Part shown: positions 1 to 13,729 of the stretch, piece by piece | Position numbering within the stretch: the first letter of the stretch is position 1 | Layout: every line of letters starts with the position of its first letter | Assembly: GCA_028826165.1 (NCBI GenBank) | Contig: JAPDFW010000003.1 | Span: forward strand, 39,550 to 103,549 | DNA from: Anaeramoeba ignava BMAN | Lineage: Eukaryota; Protista; Anaeramoebae | Direction: 5' to 3' | DNA length: 64,000 nucleotides | Program-made: the position numbers and the translations under genes | The notes under the pieces: generated by a model | Database searches by the model: none | The model's input: the letters and a program-made list of their open reading frames with translations, nothing else | What the model was told of the DNA's origin: nothing

Positions 1-375
1 AATTGAAAAGGAAAAAAATGAAAATAAAAAAAATTAAAAATTAATTAAAAAAAAAGATTTTTTTTTTGCTTTTTTTTTTATTTTAGTTCCAACTTTAATA
101 AATAAAATAAAATAAATAAAATAATTTTAAATTAAAAAAAATTAATTTAAAAAAAATAAATTAAAAAAAAAATCTTTAATTAAATTTTAAATTTAAATTT
201 GAATTTAACATTAATTTAACATTAATTTGATTTAATTTAATTAAATTAAAATAAAAATATTTTTTAAAAATTAAATTTGAATTTGATTTGAATTTGGATT
301 TTTATTTGAATTTTGAATTAAAATGAAATTGAAATGAAAATGAAATAAAAATTGAAAATAAAATGGAAATTAAAA

Positions 376-3300
376 TTAAAATAATTGTTTTGCTTTTTGT
401 TTTAATTCATCAGCTTTCATTGTTTTGCAATTCTTTCCAATCCAATTTGATGCTTTTTTAGCAATTAATTCCCATTCAATAGATTTATCATTAAAAAATA
501 TTTCAAAATAAGCAAGTGCAATAGCTGTTGCCCAAATAATTTCAGAAATATCTTTTGGAATATTATCAGTAATTTTCTTTTTATCAATTCCCATTAAAGA
601 AATAAAAGAACTTGAAAGAGGAAATGAACCATCTGCATTTTGAAGATCAATTACTTTATAAAGATTTCCAGAAGGTTGAGTTGGTTTTGTTGGTTCTTTT
701 GGTTTTTTGGTTCTTTATCTTTTTTTTGTTTTTCTTCTTTTTCATCTTCACTTTCAGAATCACTTGAACTTTCTTTTGATTTTGATTTTGATTTTGATTT
801 TGATTCTGATTTTGATTCTGATTTTGATTTTGATTTTGATTTTGATTTTGATTTTGATTTTGATTCTGATTTTGATTTTGATTCTGATTCTGATTTTTGA
901 TTTTTGTTCTTATTTTTCTTTTTATGTTTATTTTTATGTTTATTTTTATGTTTAGAATGATTCTCACTCATTTTATAATCACGAGAATGAGAGTGTTTAG
1001 CTTTAGAATGATGAAAATGAGAGTGTTTAGCTTTAGAATGATGAAAATGAGAGTGTTTAGCTTTGGAATGATGAATATGAGAGTTCTGAGGTAAAGAATT
1101 ATTATATTGGTTTTGTAATGAATAATTCAATGAATTTTGATTTTGATATTGAGGTTGATATTGATTCTGATTATGAAATTGATTAAAATTATGAAATTGA
1201 TTAAAATTTTGATTTCGATTATGAAGTTGACTAAATTTTCGATATTGATTAAAATTTTGATTAAAATTAAGATTTTGATTAAAATTAAGATTTTGATATT
1301 GATGTTGATATTGATTCTGATTATGAAATGAATTAGAATTAGGATCAGGAGGCAAGAGATAATTGTTGGAATTCTGATTATTTTGTGATAACAATATCCC
1401 ACGATTCGTTTGGGAAGGATGTAATTTCCAAGAATTTATTGGAATTACTGGAACAGAATTTTGATTATAAATGTTGGTTTCAGTTTGTTGAACTGATATT
1501 TTACGAGTAATCATTTCTCCTAAATCTTGTTCATTTGAATCTTGTTCTAAATCTTTAACAACTGAAATGAAACTTGTTTTACTTGACATAACTCCTGCTT
1601 TAGTTGATAATTCAATTATTTTCTTATCAATATCTTTTTCTGTTTTGCCTGTTATTACTTTTCCATTTTCATCATGAAATTGACTTATTTTATTTTCTAA
1701 ATCTTTGATCATTTTTCTTGCTGCTAAACAATGAATTGATTTTCCTTCAATTCCATCTTCTTTGGGATTTAGTTTCATTTTCCATTCTACTTTTTTTTCT
1801 GATGATATTCCTCTTAATGTTGCTTCAACTTCTTCTCCATTTTTCAATAATGCATATACAAGAAGTCTTGTTTCAGCAAATATTGATGGTAATCGATATG
1901 GAACAACAATATCGGGTTTAGTTCCTTTCCATTCAATTTTAACATTGGTTATTGCTGGTTGTAATGCTCTTTTTAATTGTCTCATAACTGATGGTCGAAT
2001 ATCTTCATTATTTACAATAAATTCTGCTTTTCCTCCTCCTGCTTCTGCTATTCCACTAACTAATGCTCTTGATGCTGATGCTCCAACTCCAAATGTAAAT
2101 ACTCTTGTTGTTGATGATTGGAATCTAACTAAATTAATAATTTCATCTGTATTATATACTTCTCCATCAGTTAATAAAAATACTTGTCTTGCATATCCTG
2201 TTTTGGGTTCTTTAGAAAATATATATTTTAATGGTCCAAGTAATGATGTTCCTCCAAGGTTAGCTTTTAATTTATTTGCATGTTCTTTAGCTTTTTCTAA
2301 TGATTTTTGTGAATAAGTTTCACTTTCTGGAAATAATGTTTTATATTTTGATCCAAATCCAATTATATTAAAAACACAAGTTTCAGGAATTGCATGTAAA
2401 AATATTTTCAAAGTTTCAGCAACTGATCTTATTGGTGAACCACTCATACTTCCACTTCTATCAATCAAGAATATTAATTCAGTTCTTACATCTTTTTCTG
2501 AAAGATCTGGATAAAATGATAATAAAGCTGCATATTCTTTTTCTTCTTCATTTTTGGTTTTTTCATATTGGATAATTGCTCTTGGTTGATGAGGTTCTGA
2601 AACTTCAATTAAAACTTCAAAATCTTTTGAAAATGATTCTTTTGGATCTGAAAGTAATGTAACAGTTGCAAATTTCTTGTTAATTTGAGATGAAATTTCA
2701 TGAGATTGAGATTTAATGTTTGTAATTTCACTTGCCATTGTAACATTAAGATTTAAAGATAAACCAAATGTAACTTTTGGAGTATAATTTGTTTCAAGAA
2801 GGGGAGTAACATCATTAATTTCCATTTCATTAGGAACAAAAGGAGGTGTTATTGTTGTTGGTAAAAAGAATCTTAATTCTTTATTTTCTGTTGCAATTAA
2901 TTCTGTAACATATCTTATTGTAACAATACATTGTTTTTCAGGAGGAATATTTCCAACACTCATATTAAATACTCCTTCAATTTCTTGTTCCATTTTGATT
3001 CTATTTTTATTTTTAAATTAAATATTGATTAAATATAAATTAAATATTAATAAAATATAAATTAAATATAAATAATGAAATAAATACGCTGTGTGACCTT
3101 GAGCAATAGCATCATCATATTTATCTTTTGCTTTTTCTTTTTCTTTTACTTCTCCAATAACATGTTTTCCTTCCATAAATACTTCAAATCCACAAATTGA
3201 ACATTCTGGATCAAGTGGAAAAACGAAAATTAGTTTCTATTGGTTGTTTTTCTCTGTTTTCATATCTTTGATTAATTGTAACTTCTGCTGTAAAATCAAC

Positions 3301-3378
3301 AATATTTGCTGTAACTGATACTCCTCTTAATGGAACATTTTCTTCAGTTTTTTTATTTATTAATCCTAATTTAACCAT
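376..3378 (-). CDS. VIT + von Willebrand A domain protein (VWA5A-like), paralog 1
   Basis: Exons 3378-3088 and 3000-376 (GT-AG intron 3087-3001). Contains a VIT N-terminus (VPLRGVSVTANIVDFTAEVTINQRY...FPLD), VWA MIDAS motif FLIDRSGSMSG, FLLTDGEV and a C-terminal VIDLQNADGSF...WATAIALAYF domain. Two apparent 1-nt homopolymer indels (~3226-3229, ~703-708) are needed to join the ORFs. Confidence 0.88.
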
Positions 3379-4079
3379 TATTTATTTACTTATTTTTGAT
3401 GTGTTTCTTTAATTTAATTTATTTTTGTTTTTGTTTTTGTTTTTGTTTTTGTTTTTGAAATAAATTTCCAATTTAAAAAGAAAAAATGATTCTTATTTTA
3501 TATTTACTTTTCTTTTATTCTTTTTTTTTTCCTTTTTATTTTATTTTTTGTTTTATTTTAATTTTATTTTTCTATTTTATTTTGATTTATTTTCCATTTT
3601 TTTCTTTTTAATTTTATTTATTTTTATTTGATGAAAAAAAAAAAGAAGAAAAAAAAAAATTCAAAAAGGAGAAAAAAAAAAAATGGGAAAAAAACAAAAA
3701 TTAAAATTAAAATTATTTTAATAAAAAGAATAAAAGATCAATTAAAGAATTAATTTGAAAAAAATATCAAAAAGTGAAAAAAATAAAAAAATCTTTATTC
3801 TTTTTAATAAAAATATCTTTTATTTTATTAATAATTAAATAATATTAAAAGATCTTTTTTTTTATTTTGAAAAACTTCCATAAAAACAAAACAAACAAAA
3901 AACAAACAAACAAAAATAAACACCTAACAATAAAATTTAAACAGAAACAAAAACAAAAATAAAAACAAAACACACAAATACAAAAAACAAAAACACAAAC
4001 ATTTTTTTTTTAACAAAATTTTTTTTAAAAAACAAAAAATGAAAAGATCATTTTTTTTCTTTTTTAAATTTTTTTCAGA

Positions 4080-7000
4080 ATGAGTTTTGGTTTTCGAAAC
4101 GAATTTGATTTATTTGACTTTGATGATCCAGAATTTCAAGACAGATTTTCATCACCTCGAATTAATCAATTTTCATTCCAAGAAGAACTTATTGAATCAA
4201 AGTAAAATTTTTTTATTAATTCACGACATTAAATAAAATAACAAAACATTTGACGTTCTCAATCGTTATTCTTGATTGGAAATTTTTGATTTAAAACAAT
4301 AAATTCATTCTTTATTTTTTTTTTTAAAATAATTTTTTTTAAATAAATTTTTTTTAGTCTTCTTCAACAAACAAAAGATTCAACAATTAAGTTTCCAGAT
4401 ATGGAAACAAATTCTAAAAAAGAACAACAAGGCATTCCACAACAGCAAAGACAACAAGAAAAGTAAATAAAACCAATTAAAAATTCGAATAAAAATTAAA
4501 ATTAAAATTAAAATTAAAATTACAATTACAATTAAAATTAAAATTGAAATTAAAATTCATTTATAATATTAAAATTAAAATTAAAATTAAAATTAAAATT
4601 ACAATTCATTTATAATATTAAAATTAATATTAAAATTAAAATTAAAATTAAAATTAAAATTGAAATTAAAATTAAAATTAAAATTAAAATTAAAATTAAA
4701 ATTAAAATTAAAATTAAAATTGAAATTAAAATTAAAATTAAAATTAAAATTAAAATTAAAATTAAAATTAAAATTAAAATTAAAATTACAATTAAAATTC
4801 ATTTATAAAATTACAATTAAAATTAAAATTAAAATTAAAATTAAAATTAAAATTAAAATTAAAATTCAAATTAAAATTCAATTTAAAATTACAATTAAAA
4901 TTAAAATTAAAATTAAAATTAAAATTCATTTATAAAATTAAAATTCAAATTAAAATTAAAATTAAAATTAAAATTACAATTAAAATTAAAATAAAAATTA
5001 AAATTAAAATTCATTTATAAAATTAAAATTACAATTAAAATTAAAATTACAATTAAAATTAAAATTAAAATTAAAATTAAAATTAAAATTAAAATTAAAA
5101 ATTAAAATTTAAAATTAAAATCAAAATTAAAATTAAAATTAAAATTAAAATTAAAAATTAAAATTAAAATTAAAATTAAATTAATTTTATAAAATTAAAA
5201 TTAAAATTAAAATTAAAATTAAAATTAAAATTAAAATTAAAATTGAAATTAAAATTAAAATTGAAATTAAAATTAAAATCAAAATTAAAATTAAAATCAA
5301 AATTAAAATCAAAATTAAAAATTAAAATTAAAATCAAAATTAAAATCAAAAATTAAAATTAAAAATTAAAATTAAAATTAAAATTAAAATTTCAAATTAA
5401 AATTAAAATTAAAATTAAAATTAAAATTAAAATTAAAATTAAAATTAAAATTAAAATTAAAATTAAAATTAAAATTAAAATTAAAATTAAAATTAAAATT
5501 AAAATTAAAATTAAAATTAAATTTCATTTATAAAATTAAAATTAAAATAAATTAAAATTCATTTATAATATTAAACTTGTCTTTTTTCTTCTTTAAAATT
5601 CTTTAAGAAATCGTGAATCAACATCTAATATTACAAAAAACCAATCATCACACTTTCCAATTATGAACCAAGGCACATCAGTATTTAGTTTGTTTCCAAA
5701 CGAGAGACAGTACCAACCAACATACCAGAAAAATGAAAATATGCAAGGCCAAATGTATCCGTTTTATCACACATCAGATTACTCAATGGACTTGAATTTT
5801 CCAACAAAAGGTTTTGAACAAGAAAAATTTGATTTCGCAAACCCAATTTCAGATCCAACGTTTTCTCTTATGAGTATTCACGACAAACAAGATTCATTCT
5901 CGATGATATCCCCAAAACAAACTTCTATTTCTACACATAAAATACCCCCAAATTACGGAAATTTCACAACATATAACTACCAGTTTCCTCAGTATCCAGC
6001 CTACAAACCAATCAATAACCAAGTTGGGAATACACTAGATCTTCATGATTCGACTGATTATAACGACACAAACCCAATTGATTTCATAAAGGCAAATAAA
6101 GACCAAGAAAACGATTACGAATATAATTACCAAAATATCAATGAATTCGAACAGCCAAATCAAAATACAGGTGGAAACAGGAATAGTGAAAGTTCACTTA
6201 GAAATGAGTATGATTACGATGATGAATACAATAACGATTACAGATTTGAAAATGAAAATGAAAACGAAAACGAAAATGAAAACGAAAACGAAAATGATAA
6301 TGAAAACGAAAACGATAATCATAGTCATAATCAAAAAATTAAAAATAATCAAAATAAATTTGTAAATATAAATATAAATGAAGAACAACAACATGGTAGA
6401 AAATCACCGAAAAATTTGAAAAAGAACCAAAAAAGAAAGAAAAAGGAGGTTGAAGTATCAAATGAAATTAAAAAATCCAAACAAAAAACAAATACGGAGC
6501 AAAGAAAAAACGCAGAAAAAAAAAGGGTTGCGAAGAAAGAAATCATCAAAAGAAAGCCCACTTCGTCGACAAAAAAGTTGCGAACAATCCTAGTGAAACC
6601 CAAAGTGAACCCATCGATGCCACTTCAAAACGATGGGAAACAACCGAAAAGCGAAAGAGCTTATATTCTTCAATGCGCAGGCAAGTTTGGCATCCGCAGA
6701 TTGCAACCTTTTTGGGATAATTTAAAAACAAGGAAGGTCCCCAAAATAACAAAGCAAGAGTCAGAAAATTCGAAGGCAAAAAAAGCAAATAAAGAAAAGA
6801 AAAAGAAAAGAAACCGCTTTGTCAAGTCAAAGCAGGCAACAAAACATTTCCACGAAATCAACTGGTTTGATGAAGAAGTTGCGATTTTTAGAGAATTCGT
6901 TGTTGCCTTTGGAAGAGACTGGAAAAAAATCTCCGACTTGATGGGCAACACTAAAAGTCCAACACAAATCAAGGCTCTTTATTATAAAAAACGGCTTGAG

Positions 7001-8077
7001 GTTTTCTCAGACGTTCTTGGAATTGATGAAGATGAGGAATTCGAAATTCCTGCCCAAAGAACCATCATAAACAAGCAAAATAATTCAAATCCAAATCCAA
7101 ATCCAAATCAAAATGAAAATGAAAATGAAAATGATAATGAAACAACTTTTTCAAAACCTCATTTTGTCGAAAAAACAGAGTTTATCAAAGGAAGTATTTT
7201 TCGATCAAACTCAGGATTGCCGCGGATTTTCCAACAAAATACAACGAATTTAAAGCAGTCAAAAAGTTTGCAACAAATCCACAACGAACTTGAAAAAAAT
7301 ACACTTGAGAATAGATCAATCCTAAATTCAAACTCAATTTGGATAGAATCCAACGAAATAATGGTTGATCTTGAAAACATGAGCGAAGAATGCGTTGCAA
7401 AAGCGAAAATTGTATTCCAAGCAATGCCCCAAATCACGCTTCAAGAAATGAAGCTTTGGTCAAATATTTTCGACAAAGTCACGCTTCTTGGAGAAACCGA
7501 ACCTGATGTGAAAATGATTCGCGACTGGAAATCACTAACAAATGCGCATTTCTCAAAACTGAAGATTGGAGAGCCTCATTTATTTTATGCAGAATATATT
7601 TCCGTTTTCCACGAAACACTTTCTTTGATTCCAATTAAAAACGCAATCAAATTAATCACAATCCAAAATCTTGACGAACAGAAATCGTGGATAGCTGAGT
7701 ATTTTGTTGCAATTTTACTTGCGTTGACAATTTCAATTAACCATTCTGTTCTTAAAGAAAAACTTGAAAAATCACAAGTTGTTTTTTCTTTTGATCGAAT
7801 TGTTAATGATAAAGAATTCACTCAAATGTCAAAACAAAGTTTGAATTCAATTAAACTGTTTTTATCTTGGTTGGAACTTCGTTTGCAAGCTAAAAAATTC
7901 CTCCAAATTAAAGCTGAGCAAATTAGTTCTATTCATATTCGCAACATTAACGAACTCACTGAAACTACTGATATTTTAGTTAAAATGAGAGATCTTATTC
8001 AGGAATTTAGAATGTTTAAATTATTGATTCTCGAAATAGTTTCTCAAGTTTTCATTTCATTCATTCAAACAATTTAG
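4080..8077 (+). CDS. SANT/Myb-domain nuclear protein with long low-complexity N-terminus
   Basis: Exons 4080-4201, 4358-4462, 5608-8077 join in frame. SANT motif WFDEEVAIFREFVVAFGRDWKKISDLMGNTKSPTQIKALYYK; Lys-rich NLS-like stretches. Confidence 0.75.
4490..5570 (+). repeat. (AAAATT)n intronic satellite with interspersed TTCATTTATAA units
   Basis: Read directly; fills intron 4463-5607. Confidence 0.95.
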
Positions 8078-8431
8078 GTTAATTTTTTCCCAATTTTTTT
8101 TTTGTTGTGAATTATTCAATCTAAAAGAAGGAAACCAAATTTAGAACAAAAAAAAAACAATTTAAAAAAATTATTTAAAAATTATTACTTGATTACAATT
8201 TAAAAAAAAATAATATATTTTTCAATTCTTTTTAAGTTTTAATTGGATAATTCGAAAAAAAAAAAGAAAAAGAAATTGAAATTGTTTTTATTTTTAAAAG
8301 AAAAAAAAAATATCAAAACAATTTAAACAAAAAGAAACAATTTTTTTTTTTAAAAAGAGTAGATAAAATCAATAAAATTTAAAATTAAAAATTAAAAATT
8401 TAATTTTCATTTTTTTCATTTTAAAAATAAA

Positions 8432-11400
8432 ATGTCAATTTTTTCAGATAAATTATTTGATTCTTTTCAAATAAATAAAAAAAAACCTTTAAAAAAAAAA
8501 GAGGAAACAAATCAATTTAAAAATCCAAATCAAAAAATATATACAAAAAATTTTCAAAAGCCAAAACAAAAAAACGTACAAAGAAATAAAAAGAAAATTA
8601 ATGAAAAAAGTCAAATAAAAAATAATTTAGAGAATGAGAATAAAGAAGATGAAGATGATGAAGATTCTTTAATAGAAAAAGAGAAAATTGATAAAACAAT
8701 ATCAGCAGAAATTGGAGAAGTATTTATAGAAAATTGTTTACATGAAGTTTCTCTTCCTGAAGGATATGATATTAAAGGAAATGAAGGTTAAAATTAAAAT
8801 TCATTTATAAAATTTTAAATTTAATTAAAATTTAAAATTTTTTTTTATTTATTTAGATATTTTTAATCCTATTTATCCACAAGAACCTGCAAGAAATTAT
8901 CCTTTTAAATTAGATCCTTTTCAAAAAACTGGAATTGCTTGTTTGAATAGAGGTGATTCTGTTATTGTTTCTGCGCATACTTCTGCAGGAAAAACTGTTG
9001 TTGCTGAGTAAATTCATTTATAAAATCAAAATTAAAATTCATTTATAAAATTAAAATTAAATTAAAATTCAAATTAAAATTAAAATTAAAATTAAAATTA
9101 AAATTCAAATTAATATTAAAATTAAAAATAAAATCAAAATTAAAATTAAAATTAAAATTAAAATCAAAATTCATTTATAAAATTAAAATTAAAATTCATT
9201 TATAAAATTAAAATTAAAATTAAAATCAAAAGATATGCTATCGCACAAGCTTTAAAAAATAATGCAAGAGTTATTTATACATCTCCAATTAAAGTATTTT
9301 TTTTCTAAACAAAATCTTTGTTTCCATTATTTATTTCCATATTTATTTTATAAAAAAAAATCAAGGCTTTAAGTAATCAAAAATATAGAGAACTTAGTGA
9401 TGAATTTAAAGATGCAGGACTTATGACTGGAGATGTTACAATTAATCCAAATTCATCTTGTATTGTTATGACAACAGAAGTAAAAAATTCAATTAAAAAA
9501 TTCAATTAAAAAATTCAAATAAAAATTTCAATTAAAAAATTCAATTAAAAAATTTCAATATTATTACTATTTAATAAGATTCTTCGTAACATGCTTTATA
9601 GAGGATCGGAAATTCTCAGAGAAGTTCAATGTGTTATATTTGATGAAATTCATTATATGAAAGATATTGGTTTGAAATCTTTTAAATCAAAATTAAAAAT
9701 GAAATTTAAAATTAAAATTAAAATTAAAATTAAAATTAAAATTAAAATTAAAATTAAAATTAAAATTTAAAATTAAAATTAAAATTAAAATGAAATTCAA
9801 AATTAAAATCAAAAATAAAATTCAAAATTAAAATGAAATTTAAAATTCAAAATCAAAATTAAAATCAAAATTAAAATCAAAATTAAAATTAATATTAAAA
9901 TTAAAATTAAAATTCAAAATGAAATTCAAAATTTAAATTTAAAATTGAATTGGTAATAATTATTAGAAAGAGGAGTAGTTTGGGAAGAAACAATTATTCT
10001 TCTTCCAGATACAATTAGATTTGTTTTTTTATCTGCAACAATTCCTAATGCAAAAGAATTTTCTGATTGGATTGCAAAAATTCATTCACAACCTTGTCAT
10101 GTTGTTTATTCAGATGTTAGACCAATTCCTTTACAACATTACGTATTTCCTGCAGGTGGAAATGGTTTATATTTAGTTGTTGATGAACAAGGAAATTTTA
10201 GGGTTATTTTTAATTTAAATTTTTAATTTAAATTTTTATTTATTAATTTTTAATTATTAATTTTTAATTGAAATTTTTAATTATTAATTTTTAAAATAGG
10301 AAAAAAATTTCCAAAAAGCAATGTCTGTAATTTCAAATGCTCCAAATCAATGTATGAATAAAAAATAAATTTATTATTCTTTTTAGGATGAAAATGGAAA
10401 TAATTTTATTGATTTTTTATTATTAATAATTTGTGTTGGAAATATTAAGATAATGATAGAAGACCACAAAATCAAAAATATAAATCAGATATTTATAAGA
10501 TTATTAATTTGATTCTTGAAAGAAAATTTGAGCCTGTTATTGTGTTTAGTTTTAGTAGAAAAGAGTGTGAAATTAAAGCTTTAAAACTTGCTAAAGTGAT
10601 TATTTTTATTTGATGAAAGAAAATTATTGAATTATTTATATTTATAATTATTTATAATTATTTTTATTGTTGAAAAAATTGAAATAATAGATGGATCTTA
10701 ATGATGAAAATGAAAAAACTTTAGTTGATGAAATTTTTACTAATGCTATTGATTCTTTATCAGATGAAGACAAGAAAATTCCAGCAGTTTGTTAAAAAAA
10801 AAAAGAAAAAAAAATATTTTTAATTAAATATTAAAATATTATTATTATTATAATTATAAACTTTTTGTTAAAAGGTTCAACATATTCTTCCTTTATTAAA
10901 AAGAGGAATTGCTATTCATCATTCAGGATTATTACCAATTCTTAAAGAAGTTATTGAAATTTTATTTCAAGAAGGTTTAGTCAAAGTATTTGATAATAAT
11001 TTGATAATAATTTAATAATAATTTCAAAATAATTTAATAATAATTTAATAATAATTTAATAATAATTTCAAAATAATTTAATAATTTAATAATAATTTCA
11101 AAATAATTTGATAATAATTTAATAATTTAAAAATAATTTAATAATAATTTAATAATAAATGATAATAATTTAATAATAATTTAATAATAATTTAATAATA
11201 ATTTGATAATAATTTCTTTAATAATAATTTAATAATAATTTCATAATAATTTAATAATAATTTCATAATAATTTAATAATAATTTAATAATAAATTCATA
11301 ATAATTTGATAATTTATAATAAAAGGTTTTATTTGCAACAGAGACATTTTCAATGGGATTAAATATGCCAGCAAAAACAGTAATATTTAGTAGTGTAAGA

Positions 11401-13723
11401 AAATTTGATGGAAGTTCATTTAGATATATAACATGTGGAGAATATACACAAATGTCAGGAAGAGCAGGAAGACGTGGTCTTGATCAAAGAGGAATTGTTA
11501 TTACAATGCTTGATGAGAAAATGGAACCTTCTGATGCAAAAAATACTTTGAGAGGAGATCTCGATCCTTTGAATTCTACTTTCCATCTTAGTTATAATAT
11601 GTTGTTAAATTTATTGAGAGTTGAGGATATTGATCCTGAATATCTTCTTTCTAAATCTTTTCATCAATTCCAAAATGAAAGAAAACATCCAGAATTACAA
11701 GAAAGTATATTTCAAAAATTATTTAAAAAATTATTTCAAAAATTATTTATAAAATTATTTATAAAATTATTTCAAAAATTATTTCAAAAATTATTTATAA
11801 AATTATTTATAAAATTATTTATAAAATTATTTCAAAAATTATTTCAAAAATTATTTATAAAATTATTATAAAATCAAATACAAAATTATTTATAAAATTA
11901 TTTATAAAATTATTTATAAAATTATTTATAAAATTATTTATAAAATTATTTATAAAATTAATTATTAAATTATTTATAAAATTATTTATAAAATTATTAA
12001 TAAAATTATTTATAAAATTATTTTCAAAAATTATTTCAAAAATTATTTATAAAATCAAATACAAAATTATTTATAAAATTATTTATAAAATTATTTCAAA
12101 AATTATTTATAAAATTATTTATAAAATTATTTATAAAATTATTTATAAAATTATTTATAAAATTATTTATAAAATTATATATTAAATTATTTATAAAATT
12201 ATTTATAAAATTATTTATAAAATTATTAATAAAATTATTTATAAAATTATTTATAAAATTAAATATAAAATTATTTATAAAATTATTTATAAAATTATTT
12301 ATAAAATTAATTATTAAATTATTTATAAAATTATTTATTAAATTAAATATAAAATTATTTATAAAAAATTTCAAAAGATCTCCAAAAACTTCAATTACAA
12401 TTTGATTCTTTAAATATTGAAGAGGAAAAAAGTGTAACAGAATTTCATTCTGTAAAACAACAAATCGATAATTTAAAACAAAAAATCAAGGAAATCACAT
12501 TCAAACCAGTAAATATCCTTCCATTTCTTCAACAAGGAAGATTAGTGAAAATCAAGACAATAAAACAAGATTGGGATTGGGGAATAATGATTGATTTCGA
12601 ATATATTTATGATAACAACCCAAAAGGAGAAATAATAATAAATGGAGAAGCAACAGATTATGTGATGAATATAATAATTGAAACAAAACAAAATTCAAAT
12701 TCAAATTCAAATTCAAATATAAATGAAGAACCAGAAGCAGTTGAAGAAACCAATCGAGGAAACGGAGAAATGAAAATATTGCAGTTTCCTCTTCTTAGTT
12801 TGGATCAAGTAAGTCTTCTTCGAGTTCCAATTCCAAACGATGTACGAAGAAGCGAGAATGTTCAACATTATAAAAGAGTTCTTTCCGAAATTCGGAAAAG
12901 ATTTGAAAAAAACATCCCACTTTTGGATCCAGTGAAGGATATGAAAATAAGTGATAAAAACTTCAATAAATTTGTGGAAAGAGTGAATAATTTAGAAGGA
13001 AGAATGATAAACCAAAAAATATTCCAGAACAATCAAATGACAGAAGAGTACCAAAAGTACCAAGAAAAGCTCAATTTACAGGAGCAAATTGATGGTGTAA
13101 GAAAATCGCTTAAGGAATCTGAGGATGTTTTATTGAAAGAAAATCTGAAATACATGAAAAGAGTACTGAGAAAATTGGGATATACTAACAACGAGAATAT
13201 CATTGAAACCAAGGGAAGAATTGCATGTGAAATCAGCTCAGGAGACGAACTGCTAATTACAGAGATGATTTTCTCAGGAGCGTTTAATGAAATGGAAGTG
13301 GAACAAATTGTGGCTTTATCAAGTTGTTTTGTTTTCCAAGAAAAAGTGGACGAAATGTTAAAATTGAGAGAAGAACTTGAAACTCCCTTCCAAAAATTAC
13401 AATCAACAGCGCGATCGATAGCAATGGTTGCGCAGGAATGCAGAGTCGATATTGATATTGATAGATATGTTGAATCTTTTAAGCCAAATTTAATGGAAGT
13501 TGTTTATGAATGGGCAAAAGGAAAATCTTTTCTTGAAATTTCGAAAATGACGAATATTTTTGAGGGAAGTGTTATTCGCACAATGAGAAGATTGGATGAA
13601 ATTTTAAGGCAAATGTGTGCTGCTGCTCGTGCTATTGGAAATGGAGAATTGGAAGAGAAGTTTGCTCAAGGAATTACAAAAATTAAAAGAGATGTTGTTT
13701 TTGCAGCCAGTCTTTATTTATAA
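8432..13723 (+). CDS. MTR4: Exosome RNA helicase Mtr4 (SKIV2L2/Dob1)
   Basis: 12 phase-consistent exons: 8432-8786, 8857-9007, 9233-9293, 9366-9479, 9579-9669, 9967-10202, 10300-10351, 10450-10595, 10691-10786, 10875-10985, 11326-11704, 12378-13723. Motifs [39 protein letters not shown] and C-terminal [12 protein letters not shown]. Confidence 0.96.
11710..12370 (+). repeat. 12-bp intronic satellite (ATAAAATTATTT)n
   Basis: Read directly; fills the last Mtr4 intron. Confidence 0.93.
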
Positions 13724-13729
13724 GCGAAT

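Noticed and set aside
8432-13723. Intein or other mobile insertion in Mtr4 or other conserved proteins
   Set aside because: The spliced proteins are collinear with their families; no C...HN splice motifs, endonuclease, transposase or reverse transcriptase was seen in the window.
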